Shown here piece after piece: positions 1 through 6,988 of a stretch of DNA of 32,000 nt. Source of the DNA: Methanothermobacter marburgensis str. Marburg. Its GTDB lineage: Archaea > Methanobacteriota > Methanobacteria > Methanobacteriales > Methanothermobacteraceae. The DNA is taken from positions 960,001 through 992,000 of the forward strand of contig NC_014408.1 in the NCBI RefSeq assembly GCF_000145295.1, read 5' to 3'. Every line of letters begins with the position of its first letter. Within the stretch, counting starts at the first letter, position 1. The translations under genes were made by a program, and so were the position numbers. The notes beneath the pieces are model-generated. The model ran no database searches, had not been told where the DNA came from, and saw only the letters and a program-made list of their open reading frames with translations.

Positions 1-1
1 G

Positions 2-139
2 GTGGACGAAAAACACCGAAAACCCCTTGCAGTGGGAATAAGCCTCATAAGCGGACCTGAAATGATAGAAAATGACTCTGGAAAGGCCATCAAAACCATA
101 CACCACATTGGAGATGCAATATGGAACCTAGAGGTGTGA
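2..139 (+). CDS. 3' end of an unidentified upstream CDS (partial, 45 codons in window)
   Basis: Frame 2 is open from the window edge to TGA at 137-139 (...[12 protein letters not shown]). Its last codons contain the GAGGTG Shine-Dalgarno of the next gene, and the stop lies 3 nt before that gene's GTG, which is operon-like packing. It is too short to assign a family. Confidence 0.3.
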   Translation: MDEKHRKPLAVGISLISGPEMIENDSGKAIKTIHHIGDAIWNLEV

Positions 140-142
140 AGG

Positions 143-838
143 GTGGTTGAACTCAACCTTGATGCCGGTAACGTAATCTCAGGGGATGTTCACAGGGTGG
201 GTATACTCGCCCTGGGGTCACACCTTGAGAACCACGGCCCGGCCCTCCCAATCGACACCGATGCCAAGATAGCATCATATGTGGCCCTGGAGGCGTCCCT
301 CAGAACAGGGGCGAAGTTCCTGGGGGTAATCTACGGTGCAACCGAGTTTCCATACGTTAAGCACGGCATCCATATTGAAAGGGATGAACTTCTGGAAGGG
401 GACCTGAAACCAGTCCTGAGAAAGGCCAGGAAACGCCTGAACATCGACGCAGCTGTTATCGTAAATGGTCATGGCGGAAACCAGCTTGAGGACTGCGTTG
501 AGGATCTCATGGATGAACTTGACATGGAGATAATCTGGAATAACAGAATCGTTGAAATTGAGGGTCCCCACGCAGGAAGCGGTGAGGTGTCCGCTGGAAT
601 CATACTGGGCATAGCGGACCTCACGAGACTCGGGGAATGCAGACCAGAACTGTATCCCGAAATAGGAATGATAGGCCTCAGGGAGGCCAGAGAGGCCAAT
701 AAGGGGATTGATAGGGCCGCAAGAATCTGTGAAAAGGAGGGTATAAACCCTGACCCTGTTCTTGGCCAGAGAATACTTGATGATGCCATCGAGAGTGTCA
801 TATCCGATGTCAGGGAGCTCCTGGAGATGCTACCATAA
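143..838 (+). CDS. arfB: Creatininase-family amidohydrolase, probably ArfB (FAPy deformylase of archaeal riboflavin/F420 biosynthesis)
   Basis: 231-aa ORF with a GTG start 6 nt after GAGGTG. It carries the creatininase-family signature GSHLENHGPALPIDTD plus VNGHGGN. Length and N-terminus resemble what I remember of the MJ0116-type ArfB. The family call is solid; the exact enzyme is from memory only. Confidence 0.6.
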   Translation: MVELNLDAGNVISGDVHRVGILALGSHLENHGPALPIDTDAKIASYVALEASLRTGAKFLGVIYGATEFPYVKHGIHIERDELLEGDLKPVLRKARKRLNIDAAVIVNGHGGNQLEDCVEDLMDELDMEIIWNNRIVEIEGPHAGSGEVSAGIILGIADLTRLGECRPELYPEIGMIGLREAREANKGIDRAARICEKEGINPDPVLGQRILDDAIESVISDVRELLEMLP

Positions 839-858
839 ATGGCTTCATATAACTCTTA

Positions 859-1293
859 ATGATGATAAATTTAACAAAAACCGCCCTGAAGGTACTTGAG
901 GAGAGGTACCTCCTGAAGAACGAAAGGGGTGAGGTTGTAGAGACCCCTGAGGAGATGTTCAGGAGGGTTGCCCGTGCAGTTGCATCTGCAGATGAGATGT
1001 ATGGTTTCGACAGCTATGAGACAGAGGAACTCTTCTATTCGGTTATGCGGAATCTTGAGTTCCTCCCGAATTCACCCACCCTCATGAATGCAGGTACGCC
1101 CATAAACCAGCTCTCAGCATGTTTTGTCCTCCCTGTTGATGATTCAATTGAGAGCATATTCGAATCCCTCAGGAACATGGCAATAATCCACAAATCAGGG
1201 GGGGCGTTGGATTCTCATTTTCCAGACTCAGACCAAGGGGGGACACCGTTGCATCGACGATGGGCGTGGCCTCAGGTCCCGTGTCATTCATGA
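859..1293 (+). CDS. nrdJ: Class II (adenosylcobalamin-dependent) ribonucleotide reductase NrdJ, N-terminal fragment (frame lost at 1198-1204)
   Basis: Frame 1 gives NrdJ-type sequence (NSPTLMNAGT, LSACFVLPVDDSIESIF, IHKSGG) up to the G7 tract at 1198-1204. It then reads nonsense (ALDSHFPDSDQ...) to a stop at 1291-1293. The conserved continuation [33 protein letters not shown] lies in frame 3 from 1197. Confidence 0.85.
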   Translation: MMINLTKTALKVLEERYLLKNERGEVVETPEEMFRRVARAVASADEMYGFDSYETEELFYSVMRNLEFLPNSPTLMNAGTPINQLSACFVLPVDDSIESIFESLRNMAIIHKSGGALDSHFPDSDQGGTPLHRRWAWPQVPCHS

Positions 1294-2981
1294 GGGTATT
1301 CGACGTTGCAGTTGAGGTTATAAAGCAGGGTGGACGGAGACGTGGGGCCAATATGGGGGTGCTCCATGTCAGCCACCCCGACATATTCGGATTCATAGAG
1401 GCCAAGACATCAGAGGGGCCCCTCAGAAACTTCAACCTCTCTGTTTCGGTCCCTGACAGGTTCATGGAGGACAGGAAGATTGACCTCATAAACCCCAGGA
1501 CGGGTGAAACCGTTGACTCAGTACCATCCAGGGAGATATTCAAGAGGATTGTGAAGGCCGCCTGGAGGTCAGGGGACCCCGGAATGATATTCGAGGACAG
1601 GATAAACCGGCGCAACCCGACACCCTCCCTTGGAAGGATAGAGGCAACCAACCCATGCATATCCAGTGACACCCTGATAATGACCTCAGAGGGTCCCCTC
1701 CCGGTAAATGAACTTGAGGGCAGAGCATTCATGGCGGTTGTCAATGGCTCAGAGTATCCCTCCACTTCAGGGTTCTTTAAAACAGGTTACAGAGAGGTTT
1801 TTGAGCTTAAAACCAGGGAGGGTTACAGTTTAAAGTTGACCCATGATCACCCGGTGCTCGTAATGGAGGATAAACCAGTATGGAAGGCCGCCTGCGACCT
1901 TGAAAGGGGTGATATGCTTGTTATGGACTCGGGGAGCAGTTTTAACTCAGGGGAGAGGTTCTCCACATTTCTCTCCCTCAAAAGTAATGGTTATGAGGAT
2001 GTCTATGATGCCTGTGTTGCAGGTGCAAATGCCTTCAATGCCAACGGTTTCATTGTCCACAACTGCGGTGAGCAGCCCCTACTCCCCTATGAGTCATGTA
2101 ACCTCGGGTCAATCAACCTCTCATTAATGGTCTCAGCTTCAGGTGTGAACTGGGAAAGACTCAGAAGAACCGTCCATACAGCGGTGCACTTCCTTGACAA
2201 CGTCATAGACGTCAACAGCTACCCGCTCCCTGAGGTCAGGGAGATGACGCTGAAGACAAGGAAGATCGGCCTTGGTGTAATGGGATTCGCTGATATGCTC
2301 ATAAAGCTGGGTGTGCCCTACAATTCAGGGGAGGCTCTTGGGGTGGCTGAGCGGGTCATGTCCTTCATAGAGGGTGAAGCTAGGAGGGCCTCATCTGATC
2401 TTGCAGCTGAGAGGGGGTCGTTTCCGGAATTTTCAGGGAGCATGTGGGATAAAATGGGGTTCGAGGGGATGAGAAACGCCACACTGACAACCATTGCACC
2501 CACAGGTTCCCTCAGCATAATAGCAGGTACAAGCAGCGGGATCGAACCCCTCTTTGCGGTTTCATTCACAAGAAACATTCTGGGCAGAAAATTCACCGAA
2601 AACAATCCCCTATTTGAAAGAATCGCAAGGGGGCGGCTGAAAAGGGATACATTTGAAATGATAATATCAAAGGGCACTCTGCATGGGGTGTCAGGGGTTC
2701 CAGGAAAAATCAGGAGGCTCTTCGTAACAGCCCATGAAATCGACCCTGTCTTTCATGTTAAGATGCAGGCTGCCTTCCAGCGCCATGTGGATAACGCCGT
2801 CTCAAAAACCGTTAATCTGCCGCCTGATGCATCCATAAATGACGCTGAGAGGGTATTCGGGGCAGCATATGAACTTGGATGCAAGGGCATAACCATCTAC
2901 AGGTATGGAAGCAAAATGAATGAGGTCCTGAGGTTTCCTGAATATGCAGGGTCATGCCGGGATATGACCTGCCCCAATTGA
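1260..2981 (+). CDS. nrdJ: Class II ribonucleotide reductase NrdJ, main part including the intein (frame 3; this frame is open from 1197)
   Basis: Motifs seen: [27 protein letters not shown], an active-site TNPC...CGEQPL split by an intein, TIAPTGSLS, and a C-terminal Cys tail CRDMTCPN. The first ATG is at 1260, but the conserved sequence starts at 1197, directly after the G7 tract. Confidence 0.9.
   Translation: [573 protein letters not shown]
1656..2063 (+). mobile_element. Mini-intein (136 aa, Hint domain only, no homing endonuclease) in the NrdJ active site; homologue of the Mth RIR1 intein
   Basis: The insertion lies between IEATNP and CGEQPLLPY. Cys1 ([10 protein letters not shown]) is block A, [11 protein letters not shown] is the block B TxxH, the C-terminus is GFIVHN, and it is followed by the +1 Cys. 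It aligns by eye with the 134-aa M. thermautotrophicus RIR1 mini-intein that I remember. Confidence 0.9.
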
Positions 2982-3076
2982 TGAGGAGGATTTCAAGGTG
3001 ATAAAATGGACACTACAAACCCTAAATCCTCCCTATTTTGATCTAGTGGACAGTATATATAACCTTTCTCATTCAG

Positions 3077-4606
3077 CTAGACCACCCTGTAGACAACAAA
3101 GTCGCTGTTCTCATAAACCTTCTCAAGATAAGGGTATTTCAGGCTTGATACATCAACCTTTGATGGATTATAGAAGAGAAAACTGCTGGAAGCATCAAAA
3201 GTGAAATTTCCGTTCGCCCTAAGTCTTTTATCAAATACCAGAAAAACGATTCCATTTTTAGTCAGCTCATTCCTCTGAGGGATTTCAGGTTTCTCATATA
3301 ATAAAGGATTCACGGGTCTGTTTGTATAAGCCATTATGAACCCTGCTGCGAAATAATTTGACATTGAAATGGTGCCCCCTTTATCCTGCTGGCTGAACCA
3401 TTCTGCAAGTTCAACTTCTGAAGGTGTGGGAGGCGCGATCTTAATTCTTCCATGAGATGTCATAGCACCATAATCAACAACTTCTGTACTTGATAGGTTG
3501 CTGAACCCTTGGAAAACAGCAAATAAAAGTACAGCTGCCATTAAAATGCATGCAATATTTTTATTTTTAGTTTCAATGATTTCTGCAGTGTATCTTAACC
3601 CATGAGCCGCCAGAATGCTCATAGGAATCATTATGTAGATGAGTACCCTATAGGTTATGACATTAACCCCAAAGTAGTATGCCTTTGAGAGAAGGAACAT
3701 CGAAATAACCCATAAAAGTATAAAACGATCTCTTAAACCGAATCTTTTAATGGAGGGTGTGAGACCAACAAGAGATAGTACTATAACAAGGTAACCCAAG
3801 AGATCAGGATATTTCATTATACTGAGGTTTCTTGAAGTCTGTAGTGATGTGCTTACACCACCAGGTCCACCAGTACTTTTAAGGTAAAATGCCGGTGCCC
3901 ACCATACCGCTGCAATTAAGCCCGCAGTCATAATCAGGATCCCATAACCTTTCAAAGCCTTTTTTATGATACCGACATCTCTTTTAAAGTAGAGTTCAGT
4001 TATTATAATTCCGGCTGTGATGAAGGTAATTGCAAAGCCAAGGCAAAAGGTTGCAGCTGGGTGTATAAGTGCAACGATGCCCATTAAAACTCCTGATATG
4101 AATGAAGAGAGTAATTTATCCTCTTTAAAGAATTCATAGTAAAAGTAAATACTTAAAGGAAGGAATATAAGCGCCATATTCTCTGGCAATGGTGAAACAA
4201 GCCTCATTGCAATTGCTCCTGAGAAAAGTATTAAACCTGCAGCTAAACCCACGATTTTATCCTCATAGAACCTTGAGGCAACCAGAGTAACTGATAAAGC
4301 AACAAGACATGCCAAAAATGGCTGTATTATCCTTGCCACATCAAACATGTTCATTCTAAAGAGATATGCCAGTGCAAGAAGTGTCATGTGAAAAACTGGT
4401 GGGTAGTTAATAATAGCTCCCTCAGGTGCATTGTAAACAGGATCAAAAAATGTTAAACCATTTAACATGTAAACCTTTGCCAGATGAATATGGTAGAATA
4501 TATCCCACCCAACTGGCCATGGGTGCTTGAAAGTTACCATAAGAGCCATTAGGAATACTATGAATGACGGTACAAGGTATAGTACTCTCCGATTTGAATT
4601 TTCCAT
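3077..4606 (-). CDS. Polytopic membrane protein with C-terminal extracytoplasmic domain; possibly a GT-C type (PMT/ArnT-like) glycosyltransferase
   Basis: 509-aa ORF with more than 10 hydrophobic segments followed by a ~130-aa soluble tail. A D-x-x-Y-H motif (GWDIFYHIH) follows TM1, as in GT-C first loops. The ORF is confident; the function is only a weak guess. Confidence 0.6.
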   Translation of the reverse strand: MENSNRRVLYLVPSFIVFLMALMVTFKHPWPVGWDIFYHIHLAKVYMLNGLTFFDPVYNAPEGAIINYPPVFHMTLLALAYLFRMNMFDVARIIQPFLACLVALSVTLVASRFYEDKIVGLAAGLILFSGAIAMRLVSPLPENMALIFLPLSIYFYYEFFKEDKLLSSFISGVLMGIVALIHPAATFCLGFAITFITAGIIITELYFKRDVGIIKKALKGYGILIMTAGLIAAVWWAPAFYLKSTGGPGGVSTSLQTSRNLSIMKYPDLLGYLVIVLSLVGLTPSIKRFGLRDRFILLWVISMFLLSKAYYFGVNVITYRVLIYIMIPMSILAAHGLRYTAEIIETKNKNIACILMAAVLLFAVFQGFSNLSSTEVVDYGAMTSHGRIKIAPPTPSEVELAEWFSQQDKGGTISMSNYFAAGFIMAYTNRPVNPLLYEKPEIPQRNELTKNGIVFLVFDKRLRANGNFTFDASSSFLFYNPSKVDVSSLKYPYLEKVYENSDFVVYRVV

Positions 4607-4917
4607 TTAATAATCCTCCTTCATAAGGAAGTTGTGATCATGTTATATTTTAAATAAGGTCTATTACCGACGGCATTTAAGTTTTTCTTCTTCAATGTGG
4701 AATTTGTTGTGGTTGTGCAAGCAGTTAATCGCAGATCAAGAGAAGTATGGTATTAAATCTATATCAATATGAAAAGTTAATCCACATCATAAGTTAAATA
4801 ACTAGAAAGTTAATATTTACTCAAGTCTAAATGTCTTCAACTGTAGCTGCAGACTCTTAAATTTCTGCAATTTAGTGACAAGCAACTGCTAGAATACTGG
4901 AATGGGAGAGATAAAAA

Positions 4918-5679
4918 ATGAAAATCGGTAAATTAACCGTGATCGATGTCGCAATCATTTTATTCCTCGCTTCACTTGTTTTATACGGATTTCTTAAAAC
5001 CTCAGATATTGATTCAAACATACAGACATTCACATTCGATTCTTCAGAGATGACCAAAGTCCAGATAAAGTACAACGATCTCTACAGTAAGGGAAAAATC
5101 ATTAACAGTAAAATCAATGGTTATAACTCCTTAACACAGAAAAGAGGGGTAATATATGGTGAGGTTCTATGGGTGGGAACCATCAATGGGAGGGTAGAAG
5201 TTCTCATGAATGTCAGTGGAAAAAAAATACTTGCAGGGGAATACCAGGACAAATTCGCAGATTATTACATAGACTCAATAACACTGGAAGCTACGGGAAC
5301 CCAGAACGCCACTGATATTATCATAGAACCCATAAAAATCCAGAGAATGTCTGATCTGCTCCTTGATATTCCCTCAAGGTATGAAATGACAACAAACATA
5401 CCCATAAGCAATGTGGACGTATCAAGATTTCAGGAGCTTTCAAGAGAACTGTACAGCAGAGAAAAGCATGTATCAATAACCCTGGACATCCAAAATGGTA
5501 GAATAGAGATCCTCCAGGCAACTCCCGAGGCCATAAAAATATCTGATGAAGTTCTAGGAGATCTAGATGGCCAGACAGATTTCATAACAATAAGAGTATA
5601 CAATGCAGACAGTAATGTCCTAGAAAAAATAAAAAGCCGCTACAAGGTCATTAAGGTAATTAATCTTAGCACATTATAA
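4918..5679 (+). CDS. Membrane-anchored hypothetical protein (single N-terminal TM; DUF4330-like N-terminus)
   Basis: 253-aa ORF. GGGAGAG lies upstream of the ATG. The N-terminus KIGKLTVIDVAIILFLASLVLYGF is a signal-anchor, and the rest is hydrophilic and beta-rich. The DUF4330 resemblance is from memory only. Confidence 0.55.
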   Translation: MKIGKLTVIDVAIILFLASLVLYGFLKTSDIDSNIQTFTFDSSEMTKVQIKYNDLYSKGKIINSKINGYNSLTQKRGVIYGEVLWVGTINGRVEVLMNVSGKKILAGEYQDKFADYYIDSITLEATGTQNATDIIIEPIKIQRMSDLLLDIPSRYEMTTNIPISNVDVSRFQELSRELYSREKHVSITLDIQNGRIEILQATPEAIKISDEVLGDLDGQTDFITIRVYNADSNVLEKIKSRYKVIKVINLSTL

Positions 5680-5715
5680 ACTTTTAGCACAGTATAAACT
5701 TCGCAGGTATCTTTT

Positions 5716-6984
5716 ATGAGTCATCTTTACAATGCAGCAAGGAATCTATGCAGAAAGGTGGAATTTAACGTCAGGAAAGCATTGATATTCAAATTAATGC
5801 TGGGAGTCTTTCTAACTGTTGAAGAAATATGGTTAAAGAGCTTTTTCAGGAGGATATTCCCTTCAAGTAATTTTATGAATTTCCTCAAAAAGAGCAGAAT
5901 ACTTAGAAACCACATATTTTCACCTCCAGCTTTCATCGTGTTTTTCTCAGTATTCATGGGCCTCGCTGCCATTCCTGTCACAGGGCTCCTGCATGTTAAC
6001 ATAATAACTGGTTTTGTATGTTTCTTTGTTTTTTCAATGGTAATACCCGACAGAATTTTGAGGGGAAACAGATACTTGAAAGTTGACAGGGAAGATATAA
6101 GATCAATTGGCCTTACCCTCTTTCTTATTGGCTTCGCCTTTTTCGCCATAACCATCACATCCGTGAATGGCATTCCTCTCATGAAACCCGCCCTGAGATA
6201 TCTCCTCAACCCCAGATTAACTATTCCCTCTTTTTTAATGATTCCTGGAACAGCACTGCTATCATCTTACATAATAGATGAAATGCAGAAGAAGCGTATA
6301 GAGAGACCAGCTGCTAGGTTTAGAGTCATGATTCTGAACATAATCTGCATTTTTCTCCTGGCTTTACTTGGGTACAGAACACCCCTTGTTGCAGTTATTC
6401 TCATAACTGTCATAATGGGCTATTACACAGAGTTATTTGAAGTATGGGAAGTCCTGGGTTTCTTGATGGTGACTTTACTTGTAATCATGGGTATAGGTTA
6501 TTTCAGATCAGTCGAGGAGTATTCCTTAAGTAACTTGAGCGCTTTAACGTTTTTACAGATGCGGGCTGCCTTCACAATGGGTGTGCTCGACAGATTATCC
6601 ACCCTTTCAGGGATGACTGGCGTTATGCATGGTAAATTAACCTTGAGTATGGTTCCCGGCCTTGGCAGTGGACCAAGAACACTAATCGGGAAACTGATCT
6701 GCTGGAGGACAGGAGTTACAATCACGCCCACAATATTTGGACAGATGATCGTGGAATTCGGCACAGCTGGTGTGGCAGCTGGAATGAGTTTGCTTGGCTT
6801 AATTTTAGGGTTGGGCTACAGAATAATGCAAAAAACAAGGGATTCCTTTTATGTCATGCTCTACTCCCTTATTATGGCCTACTGTCTCATCTCAGTTGAA
6901 ACCGGAATCCTTGATCAGCTTGTGGTGATTTATATCCTATCTGCAGCTATCGTATACCTTTACAATATATATCTAAATTTATAA
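5716..6984 (+). CDS. Polytopic membrane protein, possibly an oligosaccharide repeat-unit (Wzy-like) polymerase
   Basis: 422-aa ORF with about 10 or more TM segments and one larger loop. Its context is next to other envelope membrane proteins. The start is uncertain: ATG 5716 or the internal ATG 5875, neither with a good SD. Confidence 0.5.
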   Translation: MSHLYNAARNLCRKVEFNVRKALIFKLMLGVFLTVEEIWLKSFFRRIFPSSNFMNFLKKSRILRNHIFSPPAFIVFFSVFMGLAAIPVTGLLHVNIITGFVCFFVFSMVIPDRILRGNRYLKVDREDIRSIGLTLFLIGFAFFAITITSVNGIPLMKPALRYLLNPRLTIPSFLMIPGTALLSSYIIDEMQKKRIERPAARFRVMILNIICIFLLALLGYRTPLVAVILITVIMGYYTELFEVWEVLGFLMVTLLVIMGIGYFRSVEEYSLSNLSALTFLQMRAAFTMGVLDRLSTLSGMTGVMHGKLTLSMVPGLGSGPRTLIGKLICWRTGVTITPTIFGQMIVEFGTAGVAAGMSLLGLILGLGYRIMQKTRDSFYVMLYSLIMAYCLISVETGILDQLVVIYILSAAIVYLYNIYLNL

Positions 6985-6988
6985 TGTT

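Noticed and set aside
1169-1765. Long antisense or alternative-frame ORFs inside strong genes (also 469-801, 8094-8501, 10642-11010, 13177-13572, 14946-15347, 17104-17667, 18331-18699, 20424-20834, 23280-23654, 24477-24860, 27095-27397, 28567-28896, 28987-29316)
   Set aside because: Each lies entirely within a gene that has clear family motifs on the other strand or frame. They have low-complexity, Ser/Pro/Arg-rich composition typical of shadow ORFs, and they lack ribosome-binding sites.
2998-3204. 68-aa plus-strand ORF with a well-placed GAGGAGGA 7 nt upstream of its GTG
   Set aside because: Its second half is antisense to the 3' end of the 3077-4606 gene. Its composition (Q/S/R/C/H-rich) looks non-protein-like. 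The GGAGGATTT also pairs with AAATCCTCC (3024-3032), so it more probably belongs to an inter-convergent-gene hairpin. I cannot support it as a gene.
5716-5874. First 53 codons of the Wzy-like membrane protein as certain coding sequence
   Set aside because: Not rejected outright, but flagged. This segment is basic and only weakly hydrophobic, and neither ATG 5716 nor ATG 5875 has a convincing SD. The start coordinate is therefore uncertain.
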